The translations under genes were made by a program, and so were the position numbers. The notes beneath the pieces were generated by a model that was not told where the DNA came from, did not search any database, and saw only the letters and a program-made list of their open reading frames with translations. A stretch of 34,397 bases of DNA, from the NCBI GenBank assembly GCA_903951185.1, contig CAJBBC010000109.1:1-34397 (forward strand), in the 5' to 3' direction. The stretch comes from an uncultured Actinomycetes bacterium (lineage in GTDB: Bacteria > Actinomycetota > Actinomycetes > S36-B12 > UBA5976). How positions within the stretch are numbered: position 1 is the first letter of the stretch; each line of letters begins with the position of its first letter. This document shows positions 10,161 through 18,954 of this stretch, one piece after another.

Positions 10161-11636
10161 TTACTTCAAACTTAAAGCTAATTTTTCAATTTCGCTAGTT
10201 AAGCCTGGTGCTTCGGTTTTTGCTAAACCGGCAACTTCACAAAGCGTAGCCCCTTCAGAAGTTTCACTAACCCGTAGCCAAGCTCGACGCCTAGGTACCA
10301 GGAGTGAAAGTGTTAACCCAAAAATCGCTAACATCGAAGCAACCAGTGCCCAGCCTTTACCGTGATCTTGAGTTATTGAAAACGAAGCCCATTCTTTATA
10401 ACCAGTGAACTCAAGCGTTCCTTGGTTTTCGGGTAATTCCCAAGTTTGTCCAGGGATCAACTCTTCAATACCTATGCGCTTCATATTTGTTGTATCTAAT
10501 TTGTACACACTTTGTGGAATGCCATTATCAAGACCAAGATCTCCAAGCCAAGCGCTTAAATAAACAGCGGGGCGATCTGCGGCCGGAAATTCAGATCGGG
10601 GGCCAGTACTAAAGTCAGCACTTAAAGTTGGTAAAAAGAAACCTTGGATCCCAAGTTGTGGCACTGTGTCTGGAATTTTAACCACACCAGTGGAAGTGAA
10701 AGCTCCATCTTGCGGCAAAAATACTGCAGCATCTTGCCAAACAATTTCGCCTGCTTCATTTTTAATTGTGAATTCTGGTGAATAACCATGCCCGACCAAA
10801 TAGACACTTGAACCTGAAACACGTAGCGGTTTATTTACTTGTAATTCAACTTTCTCTACTGGTGAATTAGGTGTACGAACAAGATCGAAATCGGCCTGGA
10901 ACATTCGCGAAGCACCATTTTGCATTCCGCCTCGTTGATATTCGGCGCTGAAATCTGTCAACTCAAAAGCAAAAGGTGAAAGTTCTTCGGGATTGAAATT
11001 ACGCCCCGGTGCAAACGTGTCATATTGCGTAACGTTATTTGCAAATCCAGCGCCTTCACGAACTATAACTGTGCCTTTGTAGCCAGTTGCACCACCAAAT
11101 CCAACTGCAACTAGAACAATAAGTAATGCTAAATGGAAAATTAGATTTCCAGTTTCCCGGGCGTAGCCTCGTTCAGCTGAAATCCAATCTGGACCAGTTC
11201 TAATCCGCCAACCAGATTTACGCCAACTTAGTTCGGCTTTAAGTAAAACGTCCTGCTTCTGGTCGGATACAACCCACTGTTGGTAAGCGGGAAGTCGGTT
11301 TAAATTCGTTGGCGCCTGTGGTGGCAAACTTCTTAACTCTTGCCAATGCACACCCACTCGAGGAATAACACAACCAGCTAGCGAAATAAACAGCAATAAG
11401 TAAATTGCGCCAAACCATGGTGAAGCAAATACATCAAACAAATACAGTCGATCCAATATTGGTCCGGCATCTGGATGGTCACGTAAGTACTGACTAACTC
11501 GAAGTGGCGAAGTACCTCGTTGGGGAAAAAGCGAACCGGGCACACTGGCTAGCGCCAATAAGAACAGCAAAATTAAAGCTGTTCGCATACTAGTTAATTG
11601 CCGCCAAACCCATCGTAAATTCGAACTTAAATTCAA
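10161..11636 (-). CDS. resB: Cytochrome c biogenesis protein ResB/Ccs1
   Basis: WRQLTSMRTALILL, GSLFPQ, FH in a TM segment and a large extracytoplasmic domain; lies between ccdA and ccsB. Confidence 0.92.
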   Translation of the reverse strand: MNLSSNLRWVWRQLTSMRTALILLFLLALASVPGSLFPQRGTSPLRVSQYLRDHPDAGPILDRLYLFDVFASPWFGAIYLLLFISLAGCVIPRVGVHWQELRSLPPQAPTNLNRLPAYQQWVVSDQKQDVLLKAELSWRKSGWRIRTGPDWISAERGYARETGNLIFHLALLIVLVAVGFGGATGYKGTVIVREGAGFANNVTQYDTFAPGRNFNPEELSPFAFELTDFSAEYQRGGMQNGASRMFQADFDLVRTPNSPVEKVELQVNKPLRVSGSSVYLVGHGYSPEFTIKNEAGEIVWQDAAVFLPQDGAFTSTGVVKIPDTVPQLGIQGFFLPTLSADFSTGPRSEFPAADRPAVYLSAWLGDLGLDNGIPQSVYKLDTTNMKRIGIEELIPGQTWELPENQGTLEFTGYKEWASFSITQDHGKGWALVASMLAIFGLTLSLLVPRRRAWLRVSETSEGATLCEVAGLAKTEAPGLTSEIEKLALSLK

Positions 11637-12430
11637 AGTAACCAGCCATCCCAGTTACTTGCCCAAACCCGAAGTGTGATTGTTAATTCATTCCAATACC
11701 CGGTTACTAATAAAAGGCCAATTGCAATTAATAGAATGCCACCAAAATGCATAATGCCTTTTGAGTGTGAGCGAAGTAGCGCCACTGCTTTGACGCCGCG
11801 TTCTAACATCAGTCCGATAAAAATAAACGGTAAACCTAAGCCGAGACTAAATGCTGCGCTAAGGATGGCTCCGCGTCCAGCGCTAGCTTCCGTTAGCGCC
11901 ATACCTTGCACAGCAGCCAGCGTTGGGCCAATACACGGTGTCCAACCAATTCCAAAAGTAATACCCATAATTAGTGCACCGGCAAGAGTCCCAGTCGGAA
12001 TTCGATGTACTCGCACTTCTCGATTAAGGGCTGGAATCAATCCTAAGAAACCTAAACCTAAAATAATTATGATCACACCACTAAGTGTTTGAATTATTTT
12101 TTGTTGCTCGATAAAAAATTGCCCAGCTGCACCGAAAAGTGCGCCGAATGAAACAAACACAATTGAAAATCCGATTACAAAAAGTAGTGTTCCCCAAAAT
12201 GCGCGTGATTTAGTAATCGAAGTTCGTTTGGCATTTGCGCGCGCGCCGGCAATACCCGCTGCATACGAAAGGTAACCCGGTACAAGTGGCAAAACACAAG
12301 GAGAAAGAAATGAAATAACACCAGCAAGCATGGCAAGTGGAATAGCTAGTAAGAGTGAGCCACTACTCACAATCTCAACAACACCAGTTGGAACTACCGA
12401 CATGTTGATCCCCGAAATCGGGCTGAACAT
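11633..12430 (-). CDS. ccdA: Cytochrome c biogenesis protein CcdA
   Basis: SFLSPCVLPLVPGY and GWTPCIGP. An alternative ATG lies 9 codons downstream. Confidence 0.93.
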   Translation of the reverse strand: MFSPISGINMSVVPTGVVEIVSSGSLLLAIPLAMLAGVISFLSPCVLPLVPGYLSYAAGIAGARANAKRTSITKSRAFWGTLLFVIGFSIVFVSFGALFGAAGQFFIEQQKIIQTLSGVIIIILGLGFLGLIPALNREVRVHRIPTGTLAGALIMGITFGIGWTPCIGPTLAAVQGMALTEASAGRGAILSAAFSLGLGLPFIFIGLMLERGVKAVALLRSHSKGIMHFGGILLIAIGLLLVTGYWNELTITLRVWASNWDGWLL

Positions 12431-12432
12431 TT

Positions 12433-12993
12433 CTAGCCATCCTCTAGTACAGCGTTAATTAACAAACGCAATTGAGTCTCGGTGACTGGTCCAAGTATTC
12501 GACCAGCTACCCGCCCACTTCTATCCAACACGAGAGTTGTTGGAGTCGCAGCCGGGCCTAATTTGCCAAAAGCCAAAGTTAGTTTTCCATCTTGATCTTG
12601 GATGGATGGATAGCCAGTTTTAAAGCGCTTATTGAACGCTTGTGCAGCAGCTAGTCCGTCGCGGGTATTTAAACCAATGAATTGAACATCCTGGTTGGCA
12701 AATTCAGTTGAAAGATTCGTTAGCTCAACTGCTTCAGCCCGACATGGTCCACACCAACTTGCCCAGACATTAACGACAATTACTTTTCCTAAATAATTTG
12801 CTAAATCTAGTTGTGCGCCATCAAGTGTGATGCCACTTAGCTGGACAACCTCACCGCGCTGAGCAATATCCAAAAGTGTCATTGCCCCGTTACCAGCTAC
12901 ATAACTTGTTTGGGTATCGCCAGTGGAACTTTCGCTGGTGCCACAGCCAACTAAAAATGGAAGACAAAAAATTACAGCAAGTAACTTACGCAC
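12433..12993 (-). CDS. resA: TlpA/ResA-family thiol-disulfide oxidoreductase lipoprotein
   Basis: NVWASWCGPC and lipobox LVGC. The GTG at 12993, overlapping the end of the upstream gene, is preferred over the TTG at 13017. Confidence 0.88.
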   Translation of the reverse strand: MRKLLAVIFCLPFLVGCGTSESSTGDTQTSYVAGNGAMTLLDIAQRGEVVQLSGITLDGAQLDLANYLGKVIVVNVWASWCGPCRAEAVELTNLSTEFANQDVQFIGLNTRDGLAAAQAFNKRFKTGYPSIQDQDGKLTLAFGKLGPAATPTTLVLDRSGRVAGRILGPVTETQLRLLINAVLEDG

Positions 12994-13633
12994 CTGCAAT
13001 CTTGCTCGCTTTCGCAATCAAGTCAGCTGAAGGTTCAGAATAAACAACAGCTGAGAGTTGATCGCCGTCAAAGACTAAAGAGGTGATTGAAGCTAAATTA
13101 CATTGGCGTTTGCGAGGATCATGTGCGAAACGACGTCCTTCAAAATCTAAGCGGCTAATCCAAATTGGAAGTTGGTGGCTTACTAAAACTGCTTCGTGAC
13201 CACGAGCAAGATCTCGGGCATCATGAACCGCTTTACGCATTCGAGCAGCCACAATTTTGTATGGCTCACCCCAGGAAGGTTTTATTGGGTTATACAAGTG
13301 CCGCCATGCTTTAGGTTGACGTAAGACGCCATCGCCAACTGAAACCCGTTGTCCTTCAAAAATATTTTCAGCTTCGATTAAATTGCCATCGATCCCGATT
13401 TGCAGTCCATGCACATTTGCAACCGGCGCTGCTGTTTGTTGAGCACGCTCTAGTGGTGAACTAACTATTGCCGCAATGTCATGTTTAGCTAAAGCTGCAC
13501 CAGCCCGCGCAGCCATCTCGTGTCCAAGTTCAGATAAAACGTAACCTGGTAAACGTCCGTATAAAACTTTGGCAGGGTTATGAACTTCCCCATGGCGAAG
13601 TAAGTGAACGGTAGTTCGCACTTCGGAAGTCAT
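12986..13633 (-). CDS. Histidine phosphatase (phosphoglycerate mutase-like), Rv0525-type
   Basis: LLRHGE, SSPLERAQQTA and VSHQLPIW; usual position upstream of resA-ccdA. Confidence 0.9.
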   Translation of the reverse strand: MTSEVRTTVHLLRHGEVHNPAKVLYGRLPGYVLSELGHEMAARAGAALAKHDIAAIVSSPLERAQQTAAPVANVHGLQIGIDGNLIEAENIFEGQRVSVGDGVLRQPKAWRHLYNPIKPSWGEPYKIVAARMRKAVHDARDLARGHEAVLVSHQLPIWISRLDFEGRRFAHDPRKRQCNLASITSLVFDGDQLSAVVYSEPSADLIAKASKIAGA

Positions 13634-13635
13634 GA

Positions 13636-15303
13636 TTAAGTCGCGCGACGACGAGCTGCGGAACGTTTACGTGATGGACGCCAACCAACTGCACCAGTTT
13701 GCGCAGCCTCTTCGCGTAAACCAAAACCATGGGTAGCCAATGCATTAATTAGCGATTCAATTGATGCATCTTCTGGAAGTACATCAACACGTAGGCCGTG
13801 TTCTTGGGCAGTCTTTGCAGTAGCTGGTCCAATACAAGCAATGATGCTAGCTGGATGTGGTTTCCCCGCAATTCCAACTAGATTTCGCACAGTACTACTC
13901 GAAGTAAATACCACTGCATCAAAACCGCCACTCTTTATAGCTTCGCGAGTTTCGACTGCTGGTGGTGCTGCGCGCACGGTACGGAATGCAGTTACGTCTT
14001 CAACTTCCCAACCAAGTTCAGTTAAGCCAGCAACTAAAGTGTCGGTGGCGATATCAGCACGCGGTAAGAAAATTCGATTAATTGGATCAACTAATTGATC
14101 AAACTCTGGCCATTCATCTAATAACGCTGCCGTAGTTTGTTCGTCAACCGGAACTAAATCAGGGCGAACACCCATCGCGATTAATGCATCAACAGTTTCA
14201 GCACCGATCGCAGCAACTCGAATACCCGAAAGTGAGCGAGCATCTAAGCCATATTCTTGGAAGCGTTCACGAATGGCTCGCACTGCATTAAGGCTGGTGA
14301 ATACCACCCATTCAAATCGACCAGAGACTAAACCATGTACGGCACGTTCCATTTGTTGTGGTGTGCGCGGTGGTTCAACTGACATTGTTGGTACCTCAAA
14401 TGGAACTGCACCAAAAGTAATTAGTTGTTCGCAAATATCTGCGGCTGAATCTTTAGTTTTCGGAACTAATACTCGCCAACCGTGTAGCGGACGATTTTCA
14501 TACCAAGATGTTCGTTCGCCGGCTGTCTCACCGATAATTACTAAACCTTGACCTGCTTGCTTAGCGAGTTTCACTGCAGCGGGTAACTGTTCCAAAGTTG
14601 AATGTAGTGAACGTTGTTCTACGGTTGCACCATCACGAATAATCGAAACTGGTGTTTGCGGATCGCGACCAGCTTTAACTAAAGCTTTACTTATTTCATG
14701 TGCTCGGTCTGCCGCATTGTGTATTACTAGTGCAACTAATGAGTCAGTGTGTAGTGACCAATCGATACCTGGTGCATCAGCATCCAGAATTCGAACTTCG
14801 CGAGTGCGGCCACCGGTTAATGACATTCCGACATGAGCAGGTACAGCAGTTAGCGCAGAAACCCCAGCCGCAACTTCAAAATTAAGTTCAGCTTGCGCTA
14901 AAGCAGCTGTCTCTAAAGCTAACCGACCATCAAGTACTGGGTCGCCGGAAAGTAAGCGGACAACTTGTTGACCAATTTTGTTTGCATCACTAATCACTTT
15001 TGTACGAGCAGCAAGTGACATCGGAATGCCGTTTGCATCGATGGCGATTAGTACTTGGCCATGAGTAACTTTCTCGGCCAGAAGTACTAAATCAGGATCC
15101 ACTAAAACTACATCTGCCTGTGTCAATAATCTGTGCGCCCGCACAGTTAATAGATCAGGGTCGCCGGGGCCCGCGACTACAAATGAGACTCCAACAGCTG
15201 CAGTAGCCGGTGATGCCATTCCCATACCTACCTTGTTAGTTTCGGCAATATTTGCTTGCGCAATATTGTCTTGTTCCATATTTGGTTCGAAAACATTTGT
15301 CAT
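13636..15303 (-). CDS. hemD: Fused uroporphyrinogen-III C-methyltransferase-like / uroporphyrinogen-III synthase (CobA-HemD)
   Basis: N-terminal AGPGDPDLLT and VVRLLSGDP; C-terminal WVVFTSLNAV, FTSSSTV and CIGPATA. Confidence 0.9.
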   Translation of the reverse strand: MTNVFEPNMEQDNIAQANIAETNKVGMGMASPATAAVGVSFVVAGPGDPDLLTVRAHRLLTQADVVLVDPDLVLLAEKVTHGQVLIAIDANGIPMSLAARTKVISDANKIGQQVVRLLSGDPVLDGRLALETAALAQAELNFEVAAGVSALTAVPAHVGMSLTGGRTREVRILDADAPGIDWSLHTDSLVALVIHNAADRAHEISKALVKAGRDPQTPVSIIRDGATVEQRSLHSTLEQLPAAVKLAKQAGQGLVIIGETAGERTSWYENRPLHGWRVLVPKTKDSAADICEQLITFGAVPFEVPTMSVEPPRTPQQMERAVHGLVSGRFEWVVFTSLNAVRAIRERFQEYGLDARSLSGIRVAAIGAETVDALIAMGVRPDLVPVDEQTTAALLDEWPEFDQLVDPINRIFLPRADIATDTLVAGLTELGWEVEDVTAFRTVRAAPPAVETREAIKSGGFDAVVFTSSSTVRNLVGIAGKPHPASIIACIGPATAKTAQEHGLRVDVLPEDASIESLINALATHGFGLREEAAQTGAVGWRPSRKRSAARRRAT

Positions 15304-15306
15304 ACG

Positions 15307-16011
15307 TTATCCAGCATTCGATTCAGCCATCGCAAGTTGAGACTTACGTTGTTCATGGAATGCCAAAATTTGTAATTCAGTTGCTAGATCGACCCGACGC
15401 ACATCGACACCCGCAGGTACTTCAAGCAGAACCGGCGCAAAATTAAGAATGCTGGTCACCCCATGGCGAACCAGCACATCACAAACTTCTTGAGCGGATT
15501 TTTCTGGCGTTGCAATCACACCAATTGAAACTCCGCTCGAGCGAACTATTTGCGGAAGATCAGCTATTGAACTAATTACTACATTCAAACCAGCTACCGA
15601 AACTTGTTCGCCAACGCGGTTATCGTCTGAATCGAAAAGTCCGACCACTTTGAAACCACGTGATGCGAAACCTGGGTAGCCAGCAAGAGCGTGACCAAGG
15701 TTTCCAATACCAACAATTACAACTGGCCACTGTTGAGTTAAACCTAATGCGCGAGCAATTTGATAAAGCAAGAATTCAACATCGTAACCAACGCCACGTG
15801 TGCCATAAGAACCTAAGAAAGATAAATCCTTGCGCAGCTTCGCGCTACTAACACCTGATGCATCGGCAAGCTCTTCAGAAGAAACTAAAAGGATGCCACG
15901 ACTAGCCATTGAGACGAGTGAACGGTGATACGTCGGTAAGCGATTTACGGTTGCATCGGGGATGCCACTTCGAACACCTTGTGGTGTTTTCGCAACAGGC
16001 GAGACTGACAT
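15307..16011 (-). CDS. rex: Redox-sensing transcriptional repressor Rex
   Basis: IPDATVNRLPTY, LRKDLSFLGSYGTRGVGY, GIGNLG and ILNFAP. Confidence 0.96.
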   Translation of the reverse strand: MSVSPVAKTPQGVRSGIPDATVNRLPTYHRSLVSMASRGILLVSSEELADASGVSSAKLRKDLSFLGSYGTRGVGYDVEFLLYQIARALGLTQQWPVVIVGIGNLGHALAGYPGFASRGFKVVGLFDSDDNRVGEQVSVAGLNVVISSIADLPQIVRSSGVSIGVIATPEKSAQEVCDVLVRHGVTSILNFAPVLLEVPAGVDVRRVDLATELQILAFHEQRKSQLAMAESNAG

Positions 16012-16222
16012 TCAACCAACCTTTTTCGTCCTTATGGCGAACAGATTAGGTGCATATCGGCCAACGTCAAAATTGGCATATTTGCCCAACTTCGTGCTAA
16101 GCAAAACGAGATTTTTGTGTTTGTTACTGGTGTGACTAACGTGACTTAACTCTTGTTTTTACCCTTTAAATTAAGCGATATATCGACGTGCAAAATAAGT
16201 GTGCAGAATCGAAAAAATGATG

Positions 16223-16462
16223 TTAACTAACCAGCGCGCTACGTAGGCGATCTGGATTTACTCGCCATTGGTCATGGACTTTGCCATCCACCAAAGTCAC
16301 TGGGATTGACTCGAAGTACTGATCGGCTAATGCTGGGTTATCCAAAATAGATAGCTCAGTCCAGCCAATTTCTAGGTCAGCACAAACTTGGGAAATAACT
16401 AAGCGGGCATCATCGCAAAGGTGGCAGCCAGGCTTGCCAATTAGCGTCACTCGTGATTCCAA
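16223..16462 (-). CDS. Glutaredoxin-like protein
   Basis: GCHLC motif and IPVTLVDG; SD GAAAGG before the TTG; conserved position upstream of rex. Confidence 0.88.
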   Translation of the reverse strand: MESRVTLIGKPGCHLCDDARLVISQVCADLEIGWTELSILDNPALADQYFESIPVTLVDGKVHDQWRVNPDRLRSALVS

Positions 16463-16526
16463 GAGTTAACCTTTCCGAAATGTCTTATTAAGTTTCGCAT
16501 AGCCTTGTATTACTAACCTATTTAGT

Positions 16527-17330
16527 ATGGCGAGTACTGAGCAGCCGACTCCTCAAATTGTCGCATTTTTCGACATTGATAACACGATTATGCGCGGGGC
16601 CAGTATTTTTCATCTAGCCCGCGGTCTCTTTTCCAGAAAATTTCTAACAGTTTCTGACATCACTAAATATGGAGCTGCCCAAGGAAAATTCTTACTCGCC
16701 GGTAAAGAGAATATTCAAGACATGGCAAGGATCACTGAAAATGCCTTGGCTTTTGTTGCTGGCCGAAATGTTAGTGAAGTGATGGCTTTAGCCGATGAAA
16801 TCTACGACGAGAATATGGAATCTAAAGTTTGGCCTGGGACGATTGAACTAGCCCGAGGACATCTAGCCAGCGGTCACCAAGTTTGGCTTGTCTCAGCCGC
16901 ACCAATTGAACTTGCCGATTTAATTGCGCGAAAACTTGGCTTTACAGGTGCCTTGGCCACAGTAAGTGAAGTAGTCGAAGGCACTTACACCGGAAAGTTA
17001 GTTTCAAAACCGATGCACGGCCCTGAGAAAGCTGCCGCAATAGAGCGGCTGGCGATCAGCATGGAAATAGATTTAGCAAATTGTTTTGCTTATTCCGATT
17101 CAATAAATGACATTCCACTACTTACAAAAGTCGGTAACCCGCGAGCCGTAAATCCAGATAGCCACTTGCGGAATTTTGCTAAATTAGCTAACTGGCCAAT
17201 CCATGATTACCGGCGTCAACGCATCGTTAAGCGCTACGTAATTCCAGCTGGAATTACCACATTGGCGCTGGTTGGTACTCGCGCTGGGTTAGCCATAAAT
17301 TCGAGTCGTAAAAGCGAAAACAGCAGATAA
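16527..17330 (+). CDS. HAD-IB family hydrolase (SerB1-like)
   Basis: FFDIDNT, LVSA, K and AYSDSIND motifs with a hydrophobic C-terminal tail; probably leaderless (TAACCT at 16514-16519). Confidence 0.9.
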   Translation: MASTEQPTPQIVAFFDIDNTIMRGASIFHLARGLFSRKFLTVSDITKYGAAQGKFLLAGKENIQDMARITENALAFVAGRNVSEVMALADEIYDENMESKVWPGTIELARGHLASGHQVWLVSAAPIELADLIARKLGFTGALATVSEVVEGTYTGKLVSKPMHGPEKAAAIERLAISMEIDLANCFAYSDSINDIPLLTKVGNPRAVNPDSHLRNFAKLANWPIHDYRRQRIVKRYVIPAGITTLALVGTRAGLAINSSRKSENSR

Positions 17331-17345
17331 AAATATCTGCTGTTT
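17318..17345. terminator. Perfect 12-bp hairpin at the end of the HAD gene
   Basis: aaacagcagata-aaaa-tatctgctgttt between convergent genes. Confidence 0.7.
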
Positions 17346-17349
17346 AAAT

Positions 17350-17385
17350 AAATTTGGCTGCGGGTTTAATCCCACAGCCTAATTT
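17350..17385 (-). terminator. Probable intrinsic terminator downstream of bS22
   Basis: The minus strand reads GGCUGUGGG-auuaaa-CCCGCAGCC (one G-U pair, which works only on this strand), followed by AU-rich sequence. Confidence 0.65.
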
Positions 17386-17388
17386 AAA

Positions 17389-17481
17389 TTACTTACGACG
17401 TTTTGAACGTGTCTTTTTTAGCATCTTGCGGTGCTTCTTCTTCGCCATACGTTTACGGCGCTTCTTGATAACGGAGCCCAC
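17389..17481 (-). CDS. 30S ribosomal protein bS22 (30 aa; not in the ORF track)
   Basis: GTG start; MGSVIKKRRKRMAKKKHRKMLKKTRSKRRK*; SD GAAAGG; lies downstream of the Rv0500A-like gene as in mycobacteria. Confidence 0.95.
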   Translation of the reverse strand: MGSVIKKRRKRMAKKKHRKMLKKTRSKRRK

Positions 17482-17536
17482 TTAAGACGCCCTTTCGTAT
17501 TTGCTTTAGTTCTTTAAATTATTTTTAGTTACTTAC

Positions 17537-17743
17537 TTAGCCGGCTTCAACAAATGAATCTTGAAGATAGCTATGTACTGCTTGTTCCGGTACTCGGAAT
17601 GAACGGCCAACCCGAACTGCAGGTAGTTCACCACTGTGTACTAAACGGTAGACAGTCATTTTTGAAACCCGCATTGCTGAGGCAACCTCAGCAACAGTTA
17701 GGAAACGAACTTCGCCTAATGGGCGTTCATTTGATGCAGCCAT
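17537..17743 (-). CDS. Small excisionase-like HTH DNA-binding protein (Rv0500A/BdtA-like)
   Basis: FLTVAEVASAMRVSKMTVYRLVHSGELPAVRVGRSFRVP, a conserved chromosomal actinobacterial family. Confidence 0.92.
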   Translation of the reverse strand: MAASNERPLGEVRFLTVAEVASAMRVSKMTVYRLVHSGELPAVRVGRSFRVPEQAVHSYLQDSFVEAG

Positions 17744-17821
17744 TTAAATCGTGACCATTCTGTGTAGTCCCACGTCCGGCTTCCCCTCCGGCGTTACTTC
17801 CACACTTGTACGTAGAAGTTC

Positions 17822-17850
17822 ACTTTAGTGGTGAAAGTGGCTTATGTGAA
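17822..17850 (-). promoter_or_regulatory. Candidate sigma-70 promoter for HTH-bS22
   Basis: The minus strand reads TTCACA-N17-TAAAGT and is overlapped by the inverted repeat CACTTT-N7-AAAGTG (17821-17839). Confidence 0.5.
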
Positions 17851-17862
17851 AGTCGTTTCAGA

Positions 17863-17894
17863 AAGTAACTGGTTTGACGGGAACCCAGTTACTT
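17863..17894 (-). terminator. Hairpin downstream of proline dehydrogenase
   Basis: 10-bp inverted repeat aagtaactgg/ccagttactt 16 nt after the stop codon. Confidence 0.6.
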
Positions 17895-17910
17895 CTCTGG
17901 TTGGCAGTAA

Positions 17911-18840
17911 CTAGCTCTTGGAGGCTAGGGACTTAACAAATAGGGCTAAGTTACTTGGCTTCTCGGCCATCCGGCGCATTAAGTATCCGTACCACTCATC
18001 GCCATACGGTACATAAACCCGAACTTTATAGCCAAGTTCAACTAAGCGCTTCTGCTCTTCTGGTCTTACCCCAAGTAGCATCTGGAATTCGAAGCTGTCT
18101 TTCGCTCGGCCAGTGCGAAGGGCTAATGCCTGGCCAATTTCAATCAGCCTTGGATCATGTGTTGCCAGCATTGGATAGGCAGCTGACTCAAGTAATGTGC
18201 GCATATCTCGAACATAGGCTTTGTCGATTTCAGCGCGCTCCACAAAAGCTACTTCAGGACCCTCAGCATAAGCACCTTTACAAAGACGGATACGCGATCC
18301 TGAAAATGCATGCGCTGAGACATCATCAGATGTTCGGTGAAGTTGCGCTTGCAATACGCCACCGATACTCGGAGTTGTTTTTCGAATTTCATTAAGGATG
18401 CGAAGAGTGGAATCGATCGTGGTGTGATCTTCCATATCGAAAGTAACTGTTGTGCCTACTTCATTTGCCACTTCAACAATTTGCTTGGCATTTTCAAGAG
18501 CGATTTTTTCACCATCAGCACCTAGAGCTTGGCCGACGGCACTTAACTTAACTGAGACTTCAGCCATATGGGTTTGACCAGCAGTATGTAAGGCGCGAAG
18601 TAATTCTTTATAAGCCGCTACCGTCTGGTCGGCTTGGCTTAGATCTAAGGTGTCTTCACCCAGGCGGTCAATCGTGGTGTAAATACCTAGCTGGTGTAAC
18701 TCAGCTACTTTCTTAACTACATCTGCTGTCCCGTAGCCAGCCACGAATCGGTTTACCACCCCTTTACTTAGGGGTGAAGTTGAAACAATCTTTTCTAGTT
18801 TCTTGCTGCGTGAAGCAGACACAAGAATTTCTCGGAGCAC
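17911..18840 (-). CDS. Monofunctional proline dehydrogenase
   Basis: RFVAG, SVKLS, FDMED, RLCKGAY, ATHD, FEFQML and YVPYG...YLMRRMAE. The GTG at 18840 with upstream AGGCAGG is preferred to the longer ORF-track start at 18936. Confidence 0.93.
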   Translation of the reverse strand: MLREILVSASRSKKLEKIVSTSPLSKGVVNRFVAGYGTADVVKKVAELHQLGIYTTIDRLGEDTLDLSQADQTVAAYKELLRALHTAGQTHMAEVSVKLSAVGQALGADGEKIALENAKQIVEVANEVGTTVTFDMEDHTTIDSTLRILNEIRKTTPSIGGVLQAQLHRTSDDVSAHAFSGSRIRLCKGAYAEGPEVAFVERAEIDKAYVRDMRTLLESAAYPMLATHDPRLIEIGQALALRTGRAKDSFEFQMLLGVRPEEQKRLVELGYKVRVYVPYGDEWYGYLMRRMAEKPSNLALFVKSLASKS

Positions 18841-18954
18841 TTTAGCTACCTGCCTAATTGTCATTGGTTGGCTAGTAATAACTTTACGCTGGGTCACTTC
18901 ACGTCGCGCACCGACCAATTGTCGTTTACGCCACATACCTAATAGGCTCTATTC

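Noticed and set aside
16032-16079. Possible 15-aa uORF (MPILTLADMHLICSP) upstream of rex
   Set aside because: It has no clear SD or leaderless promoter and no regulatory codon run; not supportable without conservation data.
17537-17743. Excisionase-like gene as a prophage or ICE marker
   Set aside because: It is a conserved chromosomal gene next to bS22; no integrase, att site or phage genes are nearby.
18841-18936. N-terminal extension of proline dehydrogenase in the ORF track
   Set aside because: It spans the divergent promoter region; the SD-preceded GTG at 18840 gives a normal-length enzyme.
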